DNA from: Spizellomyces punctatus DAOM BR117 | Lineage: Eukaryota | Reading direction: 5' to 3' (one strand) | Assembly (NCBI GenBank): GCA_000182565.2 | Contig: KQ257467.1 | DNA length: 52,768 bases | In this document: positions 41,885-52,768 of the stretch, in pieces | How the letters are laid out: the number at the start of each line of letters is the position of its first letter | Numbering within the stretch: position 1 is the stretch's first letter | Program-made: the position numbers and the translations under genes | The notes under the pieces: model-generated | The model's input: only the letters and a program-made list of their open reading frames with translations | Told to the model about the DNA's origin: nothing | Database searches by the model: none

Positions 41885-42516
41885 TTGCCAAACAAAATTG
41901 TAAATGGGCAGACTATCGGAGACGCAGGATGGCCAGCGAGCGTTGGGAACCATGGCAACAAAAATCAGTCACGTGAATACCAGCATTGGTGGACCAGGAT
42001 GAAGTGAGCTACAGTAGCTATGAGGTGTACTGGAAGCCAACGATAGTAATGCAGGCGAGGACTGCAAGCAACTGCCGTTCCGACCAACCTTTGATGACTG
42101 ACGGGTTTAACACGACATATATTTGGCCACGTTTGAAACTATACTGGCCTTTAACACCAATGATAAACATAGAATATACTATGATGCTTTAGGAATTGGG
42201 TTGACTCCTATACTCCTCCGACTTTGCCTAAATGCCCCCGGTGGTTCGCTACCAGGTCAATGACATGAAAAGCGCCCAACAATCGATTATATCAGGATGG
42301 TGCTAGTAAATAAAGTGAAGGGGGATAAGCATGTACGTGGATTGAGAAACTGCAGATGACTTAAGTTGACAAGGCTCTGCAAAGATGAACGGAATGTCCT
42401 CCATCGTTTAAAAACCCAAAGTGATCGTTGCTTACTCATAGATTATGCAACCTGGATGAGTCACCATCTTTTGAACCATTTGAACGTCCATCACCTCACA
42501 AGATGCTTGGAACTCC

Positions 42517-43304
42517 ATGGGTCGACTGCAAGCGACATGCTCTACCATTGGTTACATTCACAGACGTCCAAACAATGCTCTGCCACCTTTCCAGCTTTTT
42601 CGTCATCTATCTGCAGCAGCTTCGCTTGCCGACAGATATCGATACTACGACTTGATATTGGAACAGGTACACGAGCGTTTTCCCTTTTTTCCATCCCTTA
42701 CACATAGCTGACAAAGTCATTTGCTCGTTAGCCCCATAGCCATCAGTTTGATCCCACAAGGCTTCGGAACGTGAATGTTCGTTCTGAAGGATCTGACACC
42801 CCAGATCTTCCTGAGGCTTTCTTACGCCCGCCGACTTTCAAGCAACGTCATCCCGCCACCGATATTACCCCAGATACTCAACCTCAACTACTAGATGAAA
42901 ACAATGTGAAGAAAAATGTTGTTGAAGCAGCCTCTGACGAAGAGTTGGCACGGCTGGAAGAAGAGGAGAGAAATCTCGTTCAACCTGAAGCTCCAACAAA
43001 TTGTTGCATGTCTGGATGTGTTCACTGGTAGGCCGCTTGGTTCATCTTGAGTCAGTTACGTCGATAACTCTGCGTTCTGGTGACACGCTTCTTTTAAAGT
43101 GTATGGGATTTGTATCAGGAGGACATGGACGATTATCAAACCTCAAAACGTAAAATTCGCGATCGTCGTAGGGAACTATTGCTAGCTGCAGGGAGAGAAG
43201 AAGAAGCTGCTCAGGAACTGCAGGAAGAGACACCTCCGGAAGACATGATAGATCCTGGCATGAAAGCATTCTTAGAAATGGAAAAGAGAATGCAAGAAAG
43301 ATAG
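42517..43304 (+). CDS. Oxidoreductase-like domain protein (OXLD1/UPF0651 family)
   Basis: PEAPTNCCMSGCVH/CVWDLYQEDM motif and C-terminal DPGMKAFLEMEKRM. Three exons. Confidence 0.8.
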
Positions 43305-43376
43305 ACTCTTGCAGGCGAATGCCATCATAGAATGAAAAGGAGAGGGACGCACTGAGACGTTGTTTAGACTTTTTTT

Positions 43377-45656
43377 CTATTGAAACCGCAACACCCTTGT
43401 TGTTGGAGCGCCGGGGGACTTTACTCGCAACGATACAACCAACGGCAAGTGATCTGATGGGTGGTGCGCGTTGGGGAAACCCACAGTCCTCGAGATATAC
43501 TCTCTATCTACACTCGAAAGCAGTCCAGTCACACTCAAAGTGTTGGTCGAATACCATACATAATCGATGACACCCTTAAATTGGGGCGTGAAATTGGTGA
43601 ACTCTAGCTCTCCCGTATGGGAGTACGCAGATTTGAGCGCGAACTTGTGCTGCAGACCCTCTGATGTGTATGGACCGTATGTATACGTTCCAAAGTCCTC
43701 ATGGTCCTGAGGTACTCGACCGCTCGACAGGAACTCGTATACGCCCGAATCTGGCAGTGAGTTGAAATCTCCGCATATTAAAAGAGGTACCCGTGCAACA
43801 TCTTGCGAATTTCTTGCTGCGTCTTTTGGTGCATTCCGCGACCATGTGTTACCCAACCTCTCCAACTCTTCCATCAGCATCGCAGTTTGGACGAGCTTGA
43901 CGTCCTTGTACGATGGGTCCCAATGTAGATGTGCGTTGGCGGTCAATATACGGCCATGGGTCTCCTTGTTCTCCAACAGTGCCACAACTGCGATGTTGTC
44001 CTTTATCATCACTCTGTTGAACACGTCTTCCGCCTTCCGCAGCTCCGGCCTCTGCATTGCGAATTGTTGAAATTCGATGCAATGCTTCTCAACGAGGAAA
44101 AATCTAAAAAGATATCACCGATCAGAATCATTCCTCAGAAGATACTAGCGATTGTTAGATGCATACTTGTTGGCTTTCCAGAAAGTCGCACATCCGTCAA
44201 CTTGTCTTCGTTCGTACTCTGCCATCGTTCGCGCTCGTGACTTCGGGAAGAAGACACCTTCATAGCCGCCCAATTGCGATAATTGATCTCGGAAAAAATC
44301 TTCATACTGGTCCATTTGCATTTCCTGTATGGCAAAACCATCATCATAATTAGACAATATATAGCAAAAGCTCGCGTAAGCTGATAACACCAACCTGTAG
44401 GCACACGATGTCCGCACTATAGTTTAGAATATCTTGCAGGAGAAGATCTTTCCGGTAATCCCAGTTGAGAGCCCAAGACGGAGTGTAGGCATACGCTTGG
44501 GGAGTTGCGTACTTTTCACAAAGGATGTTGTAACACATGACAGTGAAGGTATCTACGATGCAATTGGAGAAGTCAATTCACAATTCCAGAGACTTGCAGG
44601 TTACTGCACGAACCTTTCGAGTCTGCTGTGTACTCATCTTCCAAGGGAATCCATTCACGATCAGCCGGAGGTGGACCAACTACAACGGAATTAATCATTC
44701 GTATGCTGCAGCTCGCGGAGTAATGAACTTCATCATTGATAGTTACCAGGGCACATCTCTCGCAGATAGGTGACGACCGCATTCGTCCCTTCCTTCTGAA
44801 TCATTGAACCCACTGGCTCATTGAGTGGATTGCCTTCCAACCCGAGAGTTTCGAGCTGAAAGAGTTGTCCCAGTTCCGGCGGAAGGAAAGTCAATTCATT
44901 GTCAAATAGTAATAGCTCCCGTAGGCTGACGAGCATGCCCAGTTCTGACGGTACTGACGATAGGCGATTTCCAGATAGATCCAGAACCACCAAGTTGGTC
45001 AGCTTTGCAATTTCGGGCGATAGTGAGGCCAACGCGTTGTGATTCAGATAGAGGGTTGTGAGAAATGTGTAGCCGAAAAGATTTCTGCTGATATTCTTCA
45101 TTTGCATTCCTCCCAAGTCGATAATGGTCCATTGCGACGCCTTGGCTGACGGGTCGACGGTACTGCCCACGCAGGAGGTATTGCCATTACTCTCTGAATT
45201 CGACATCCCGGTTCGGGCAGCAGCCGCAGCGACGCGTGCGTGATGATGTGGAGATGCAGCTTGCCTTGACAGTATGACGGAGTCCATCTGCTTTTGATGA
45301 TGCGGCCCAGCGACTTGGCCGCTGACACTCGCACCCACCGAGTTGATTGCTGGCACAGCTGTGGTCGCAGCGTGCGAAAGGTGCTGTTGATACGTCGGTA
45401 TCGCATGGTTGAGCTGTGGAGACTGCAATACGTGCCCAGGCAGTTTCTGCCCGAGATGGATGTGATTTGGATACCGATGTGGTATGGAGGAGTACATTTG
45501 GCCCTGGTTTCCATATGCACCTCCACCGTACGCTGGAGATGAGGGCGTTGGCGTTATTGTGCTGGTGTGAGCTGGAGATCCTGGAGTATTGTAAGGAAAG
45601 AATCCTTGCGCTCCCAGGGAGTATGAGTAAGGGTTTCGGTCCTCTTTATCTGCCAT
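43377..45656 (-). CDS. CCR4: CCR4-NOT deadenylase Ccr4 (LRR + EEP nuclease)
   Basis: LRR (LTTLYLNHNAL..LDLSGNRL), MCYNILCEKYATPQAYAYTPSWALNWDYRK, CGDFNSLPDSGVY, GVIDYVWYS, PSDHLPL. Confidence 0.95.
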
Positions 45657-46455
45657 TGCAATAGACGAACGGCGCTAGGCGAGATGGTGGTTGCGTCGTT
45701 GTTCGGTGAGGGTTTTCCACGGTCGACAGCAAGCGAGGGCGAATCAGTGTCTGGTTCGCCCAACTTGTTTGGCTTTCCAGTTGAAGTTTGTGGTTGCAGG
45801 TGGCAAAAGTAAATTTCATGCCGCTCGACCTCGAAGCAGCCGGTATATATACGGCGCAGTTGCCAAATGAATCAAAAGAGCTTCCGATTCCAAAGGTACC
45901 TGTAGCGCCGTCTTGCTTACTGCATATGTGTCGGGTGCGAGTAACGGGTGCGTTTTTTGTTAAAAAGGTGTTCTATCGTCGGCCCTTTTCCCCAATATAA
46001 AAAACGTACCACCAAAAAAAGAACGAGTGATGGAATCCGCAAGCACAGCTTTCTCGAAAGCAAACGCAAACGATCTTCTCTCTCTCTTTCCTTCTTCTCC
46101 AGTTGCCTTGAATGCCCTTGATTTACGGTGTTTTTCTCGCCTTGATTGACCTGATTTTTGCGTGCAGCTCAAAACACAACTCCCAAAGCGTCACAATCAT
46201 GACCCTTCGCCAAGCCACAGTCACGATCACGTGATACACTGATCTTGACCAAGCATTTGATTATTCTTTTTGTTCGGAGTTACAACGACCGAACAGATCG
46301 ACCAGAGATCCACCATTGTTTGACGACAAAGGACTTATTGTACAGAAGGGAGGGACGCTGGCGGAAACTGGTCTTGTAAAGAGTCGTCTGTGTTTCAAGG
46401 TCTCTGTATTGTCGTTTTTCTGTCGCTTGTGCTGGGCCAGTTCCGTCCTTGCAAC

Positions 46456-49385
46456 ATGAAGTTAAACTACAAAGTGAGTGAACATAAAGATACCCCTCTT
46501 CTTCTTTTGTCGCGTATGATAACAGGTGTATTGACTTTCCCATTTTGTGATGTATAGTTTTCCAACCTGTGTGGGACGGTCTACAAGAGAGGGAATGTCA
46601 TTTTCACACCCGATGGGAACTCAGTCGTCAGCCCCGTAGGAAACCGGGTAACAGTTTTTGATCTCGTGAGGTACGTTAATAGTGGAGGAAGGAGGAAACT
46701 GGCACTGGTTCCGCCTAATATTAACGGTACGCATACTTTTCCTACAGCAATAAGTCCCACACACTGCCGTTTGAGAACAGAAAAGACATTGTCCGCCTCG
46801 CTCTGTCACCAAATGGCTCACTTTTGATTACAGTCGACGAAGACGGCCGGGCACTTTTGGTGAATTTCCAGCGACAAGTAGTACTTCACCACTTCAATTT
46901 CAAAACGCCCGTTCGCGATCTAGTGTTCAGCCCTGACGGTCGCTATCTAGCTGTTACTCACGAGAAACATGTACATGTCTGGCGGACACCCGGGTTTACT
47001 CTCGAGTTTGCTCCGTTTATCCTACATCGAAAATATCCCGGACACTACGATGATGTAGTCCACCTTTCTTGGTCGCCTGATTCACGATTTTTCCTTACTG
47101 GAAGTAAAGATATGACTGCAAGGCTGTATGCTGTAGATCCAATAGAAGGATTTCATGGGGCGGTCTTAGCCGGGCATCGTGATACTGTTGTCGGTGCGTG
47201 GTTCTCGAAAGATGTGAATACTGTATATACTGTGGGTAAAGATGGGGCCTTGTTTGAATGGAATATGAAGGAGGAAATGGAAGGGGAGGATGAGTCTGGA
47301 ATGAACGGGGAGGAGCCAGCAACAGCAAAGAAAAGGAAAGTGGGAGATGGGGAAAGAATCAGGGTGAAGAAATGGCGAACATCAGCACGACATTACTTCA
47401 ATCAAAACCACGCGAAGGTGGTAAGTGTAGCGTTCCATGCCGCCTCAAGTCTACTGGTAGTAGGCTTTACCTCTGGTATCTTTGGAATCTGGGAGCTGCC
47501 TGATTTCACAAACATCCACACACTGAGGTAGGCATATATGCCATGGAAATCAGTACCTCACCCACGCACTAATATCGATTGTCCCCAGTATATCCCAAAA
47601 GAAAATCACAGCTACGGCCATTAACTCATCTGGGGAATGGCTGGCATTTGGATCGTCTGCTCTTGGACAGCTTCTCGTGTGGGAGTGGCAGTCTGAGTCA
47701 TACGTTTTGAAGCAACAAGGGCATCACCATGAGATGAGCTGTTTGTCTTACTCGCAAGATGGACAATTTGTGATAACTGGAGGAGACGACGGGAAAGTGA
47801 AACTATGGAATACGCAGACTGGGTTCTGCTTTGTAACCTTCACGGAACATTCTGCCGGTGTCACGGCGGTCGAATTTGCAAAGCAAGGTCAAATAGTGTT
47901 TTCAGCCTCGTTGGATGGAACCGTACGAGCTTTCGACCTCATTAGATATCGGAACTTTCGGACATTCACGACGCCAACTCCTGTTCAATTTTCGTGCTTA
48001 GCGGTTGATCCGAGTGGAGAAGTCGTTTGTGCAGGGAGCTCTGATACATTTGAGATTTTTGTATGGTCAGTGCAAACTGGAAAGCTGCTGGATATTCTCA
48101 CAGGCCACGAAGGACCTGTGAGTCACCTCACCTTCTCACCTTCTGAGGGCATACTGGCCTCGGGCTCCTGGGATAAAACCGTCCGGATGTGGGATGTGTT
48201 TGGCAAAGATCGGGCGCAAGAAGCCATGGAACACCAAGCCGAGGTCATTTCCATTGCGTATCGTCCAGATGGAAAAGTCCTGGCTGCTTCAACATTAGAT
48301 GGTCAGGTTAGCCTCTGGAATGTGAATGAAGGGAAGCAGGTTGGCTCGATAGAAGGGCGAAAGCATATTTCCGGAGGTCGTAAAGCGGATGATCGCATGA
48401 CTGCTGCGAACAACTCGGCTGGAAAACACTTCACTTCCATATGCTTCACGGCGGACGGGACCGGACTAATCGCTGGAGGCAACTCAAAGTATGTGTGTAT
48501 ATATGACGTGCCAACCAAGGTGCTTCTGAAGCGATTCCAGATTTCCCAAAACCTGTCAATGGATGGTATGCAAGAGTTTCTAAATAGTAAGAACATGACG
48601 GAGGCTGGACCGAAGGACTTGATCGATGACACCGGGGACCTCAGCGACCTAGAAGATCGAATGGACACAAGTTTACCCGGTGTGATAAAGGGCGATGCCA
48701 GTCTGCGAAAGACGCGACCACTGGCGCGAACCAAAGGCGTTCGGTTTTCTCCTACTGGACGATCATGGGCTGCAGCTTCAACGGAGGGTCTTCTCATCTA
48801 TTTCCTCGATGAAACCCTCTTGTTTGATCCTTTCGATCTTGAACTTGACATCACGCCGGACGCGATCATGGAAGCATTGCGAGACAAGGAATATCTTCGA
48901 TCTTTAGTCATGAGTTTCAGGCTGGGTGAAAGGCCAATCATACAAAAAGTATATGATAACATTCCAGCAGATGAGATCATGCTGATAGCACGGGAGCTTC
49001 CAGTGAAGTACTTGGAGAGAATGCTGAAGTTTGTGATTACATATATGGAGGCAAGCCCGCGAATCCAGTTCAATCTCATGTGGGCCACAACGCTGTTAAA
49101 GTATCATGGCCGATATTTGAAAGACCACAGCGTTGAATTCGCGAGTGTCCTACGCGGGTTGCAAAAGGGGATGTCGAAAATGTATGAGGATCTCGGGAAA
49201 GTGTAAGTAACCTCCTATTGCACATGTGCAAAATGCCGATCGAGTCTGACTATTCGTTGTTTTAAAGTTGCAACGATAATACCTACACGATGGGATACCT
49301 ATTAAATGCTCACAAGCAAAAGCTAGCAGAAGGGCCCACCGAAGTCGTACAGATGGAGGAAGTCAGTATGGATATGGTAATATAG
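46456..49385 (+). CDS. PWP2: Periodic tryptophan protein 2 / Utp1 (90S pre-ribosome WD40)
   Basis: MKLNYK/FSNLCGTVYKRGNVIFTPDGNSVVSPVGNRV, WEWQSESYVLKQQGH, VRAFDLIRYRNFRTFT, FDPFDLELDITP. Confidence 0.95.
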
Positions 49386-49786
49386 CGGGATGATTTAGGC
49401 AGACAAAGTTGTGTTTGGTACACCAGTTGTTGGTATCTACGTAGAATTGCATATTGAAATCGTTAGCGGCAGCAAGCATCCTTCGTAAATAGATGTATTT
49501 ATATTTGTGAGCGCACTGTAACACATGAAGCCCAGGCAATTTCATTATTGACCCGTCATCAGGCAGAAAAGAAGCGGGAGCCAACCATGTGTCCATTACT
49601 AGTGCTACAATTCTAATCACACCAATGATTGCTACAGATAATCTAACCTGCACCGGTTGTCCTGCCATCTAGCGGGCCCTGCACACGGCACTGCCTAGCC
49701 TTCAAAGCCAAAAGATGACTTTTGTGAGATGGAGAGGACAAGGACCCGTCTTCATCGATTTGATAAGAGGTATACTCCCATCAGAT

Positions 49787-50647
49787 TTATGATGCCAAAG
49801 TTCCAGTTTGATCGTCATCAGATTCGGCAACCTTCGGGCTTTGCCTTTTAATCTGATCCCAAAATCCTCCCAACAGCGGATCACCTTTGACAACGCTGGG
49901 ATCTACAAAGAAACCCCTCTTTTTTCCTCTAACATCTGGTACTGTTTCCCATACTTGCGTCACCCAGCCGGGTTTATAGCGAAGACGGGACAACGGGACC
50001 ACAGTCTCACGACGTGCACCCCAGAGAGTGCGGGTTTCGAATGCAAAGAGTTCCGCAAGGGAGTGATTTTTGCCTGCCCCTCCAGGCTGCTGTTGCGGTG
50101 GGTACCTATAGAGTTTGGTCACATAGTTTTTTGATAATACGTGTAGGACAATCCACGGTATGGCCGATGTTGCTCCCACTGTCATAAATTTGTTGTCATA
50201 CGGACCGTGAGATTCTGTTGTCATATCTCTTTTTTCTCATTATAGACTGCAGTTGCACTTACGCCAAGGAAGTAGTTGTGGGAGCGTTACAACACTCTTC
50301 TCGAGGATCCACGGCAAGCTTACAAGCGGGACCACAGTCATCGCTCCAGCAAACAGCCTGCAACGATGTATCCAGCTGTTGAGCGAGCCGGTGTATATCA
50401 GTGTTCTACCACCTTCCCCAGAGCTGATATTCCCAAAAAAGGTGTAGTCTCCAGAGGCTCCTAGGCGATCAGTGTTGTGGGAGCCATGCTGAGATTTGTG
50501 TATGACGGTCGCGGAAGACGGTGGTCGGGAGGAAGGTATGGGGCTTCGGGAGGCAGAGGAACTAGACCTTGCAGGTACCGCAAGATTGCACAGCTGAATA
50601 TGGACAACCCTCCGGCCGCATAGAAATCGCACGGCTACAGGGTGCAT
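49787..50647 (-). CDS. Putative mitochondrial membrane protein, TMEM70/TMEM186-like
   Basis: Presequence-like N-terminus, LIYTGSL followed by two hydrophobic helices, then KNYVTKLY..FETRTLWG..FFVDP. One intron at about 50180-50260. Confidence 0.55.
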
Positions 50648-50898
50648 TTCCAAAAGGACGTCCAAACTCGCCAGATCTGGAAAAGCCCTCACGGTTATCA
50701 TCCAGCAGTCACGTGCCTTGGTTGGACTGTGATATTATGGTGCGGAGCCGATGGGTATTGGCACTAGTACAAAGATTCCAACCAATTTAATCATAATTTT
50801 ACTCGATTTAGACTCATGAACTATGGTTTGATCCACAAAATCCTATATAAGTCATCGTCCATTTTCCCAGGCTTTCATCTTTTTCTACAGATATCATC

Positions 50899-52537
50899 AT
50901 GCCACCAAAGAAGAAGCAAAAGCTTGAAAAACTTGACAAACCCACTTTACATACCTGCAACAAGACTTCCTTTGCAAAAGCTTTCCTGCCAAACTATCAC
51001 CAATGGCTTTGAGATTACATCACCATCATCCATCAACTTGCTGATCATGCTTCCCATGCTCTCAAATTCTACATCCTATCTGCACCAACCTTTCCCACAG
51101 TAAATGAAGATACAATCGAAGCCATCCTGTATCTTCTCAACAAGGCGGAGGCTTGGCAACCAAGAACGGATGCAAAGAAGGTGATATGCAGATGCTTGTT
51201 GCCATATGTTCAACGGTACTGCCAAATTGTCAGCTTCTTTCACCCAAATCTATGAGGCAAGCAGCAGTCAATCAATTACCTGACAGTGAGTATGATGACA
51301 AACCTGAAGGTCAACATTCAAGAACATTTCATGATGATGCTGTGTAACGTCAATCGACCAGATTGCTCTAGTTGACATTTTTCTTGTGAATTGTTGGGCC
51401 CTGCGAGAGGGCTGTATAAAGACTTTGTTGTTAATACAAGATAAAGGGGACTATTGATAGTTCCTCGCGTTGCTAACTAGGCTAGTTGTTCTTCTAGTTT
51501 TTCCTTGCTTGCTGCCCTCCTTCCTGAGGGGTTTTGGAGCAGCGCTCTTTTTATGCTTGCTCCCTCCTTCAGCAGGGCGTTGGCCTGAGATTTCCCGCCT
51601 CCGCTGGTGCGGTCCCTCTTGCACCAATCGGAAGTGATTGGCGCTAGCAAATAAAGGGACAAATAATCTTCTAACTACGGGGCCGCCGCGGAACCGAACG
51701 ACTTTGACAGGTCATCAGCATGGCGGGGCTTACATAATCTAACTACTGTTACGTGCTGTGCCATACTTTGGCCATACATGGCTACATGATCACTATAGCT
51801 ATATATGGTGATGTGAGGGCAAGATGCGTCGCGAAAATCTAAGTTCACACGAAAGTGCAAATACTAAAGGACAGGTCTACCTTACAATGCTGCTCCGATA
51901 TATCAATCTGCGGCTTGATGTGAAGGGATGGAAAGGGCAACTGCCACCGAAAAGTGATGCACGAAAAGCTTTCTTTACTCAGCTACACTATTTAAAGTCA
52001 GTTTTTCTTTTTGATATCATGCCTGAGTCGCTGGATGACTTGACTGCTGAAGAGAGTGAGCTTCTAGAAGAGATCTGGACACTTAACCTGCCATTTCCTG
52101 ATCAAGACAAGCTGCTTGCCTACCTCATTGCCATTGACGTGATGTCCTTCTTTCCTGCATACTGTCGGTTGTCAAGCCTATATGAAAAGCATGGATTTCA
52201 ACGGTTCAGTGCCATACCTCTGCACCACTCGCTCATCCAAAGCCACATTCGCATCGACTCCAAAATCCTGTACCAGCATATCCTTTGCATCATGCAGCGA
52301 GAAGCAGAAGCCATAGAGAAGGTCGATTTATGGTTGCGTGTCTGTAATCTATGTACCAAAACTTTTCGGTCTCACTGTGATATGCAGTTTGAAGGCTCGA
52401 TCACAATGGATGGTACCTCGGTGTCTGTGTATTTGAAACACCCCAATGCCAACAAGTACGGAAAGCATGGAGTGAGAAAGTCAGCAAAGACCCTAGAAGC
52501 TGAGGTGAAGGCAGTATATGTGGAGAACAACTTACCT
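50899..52537 (+). pseudogene. Fanzor1 (SpuFz1-like RNA-guided endonuclease) pseudogene
   Basis: Translation from 50899 gives MPPKKKQKLEKLDKPTLHTCNKTSFAKAFLPN..*DYITIIHQLADHASHALKFYILS..QQSINYLTVSMMTNLKVNIQEHFMM. After the insertion it resumes MLLRYINLRLDVKG..RFSAIPL..FEGSITMDGTSVSVYLKHP..YVENNLP. This is collinear with SpuFz1 as recalled. In-frame TGA stops at 51010 and 51253. Confidence 0.9.
51343..51886. mobile_element. Solo-LTR-like insertion (544 bp) inside the Fanzor ORF
   Basis: Termini TGTAA...TTACA form a 5-bp inverted repeat (TG..CA). A direct repeat ATGCTG flanks it (51337-51342 and 51887-51892). Removing it restores the Fanzor reading frame. Confidence 0.8.
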
Positions 52538-52768
52538 TGTGACAGAATTCTTCTGTCAGTGCTATGGTTATACTGGTTAGATGTGGTTCCAAACTAGTGG
52601 TCACATGACTTTGCTGATGGTGTCAGCATTCATTTGACCAGAATTAGATAAATAAGCAGATTTAGCCATTTCTGGCTAAATTAGATGAGTATCCTGACAC
52701 ACTGGCATCTGCCCCTTTCAATCAAGTGGCACAGTGTATTTAGGATGACTTGTCTCACTTGTGATTGG
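52538..52768. mobile_element. Probable second LTR-type insertion truncating the Fanzor before RuvC
   Basis: Fanzor similarity ends abruptly after VENNLP, and unrelated sequence begins with TGTGACAG (LTR-like TG start). The other end lies outside the window. Confidence 0.5.

Larger units (their letters stand above)
50738..52537 (+). mobile_element. Spu-type Fanzor1 transposon, decayed (left end through REC/WED region; interrupted; right end outside window)
   Basis: Left-terminal sequence TGGTGCGGAGCCGATGGGTATTGGCACTAGTAC at 50738-50770, then a TATA-like box (about 50853) and the Fanzor ORF remnant starting at 50899. Confidence 0.82.

Noticed and set aside
51824-51886. N-terminus (MRRENLSS..) of the 257-aa ORF as a real protein start
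   Set aside because: It lies inside the LTR-like insertion and is only fortuitously in frame with the Fanzor remnant.
52597-52768. omegaRNA downstream of the Fanzor ORF remnant
   Set aside because: No match to the left-terminal repeat is present, and this sequence appears to belong to a second insertion. The true right end is not in the window.

Overview
Compact, intron-rich eukaryotic DNA (short GT-AG introns, roughly balanced base composition) from a flagellated fungus. The ciliary/centriolar genes and a SpuFz1-like Fanzor point to a chytrid, most likely Spizellomyces or a close relative. The window holds about 22 protein-coding genes: neurochondrin-like, EF-hand NADPH oxidase, CFAP58, CEP164, OAC1, SNF5, PP1, PGA1-like, MRS3/4, H2A/H2B, KGD2, Cdh1-like, LRRC45, LSM2, HAUS6, GCP2, FYV4, OXLD1-like, CCR4, PWP2 and TMEM70/186-like. 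The main finding is at the right end: a decayed Fanzor1 (eukaryotic RNA-guided TnpB/Cas12-like endonuclease) transposon. It has a recognisable left terminus, two premature stops and a CpG-deamination signature. A 544-bp solo-LTR-like insertion with a target-site duplication splits the ORF, and a second probable LTR insertion begins just before the RuvC domain. Gene boundaries come from manual splice reading, and family calls come from recalled motifs, not database searches.
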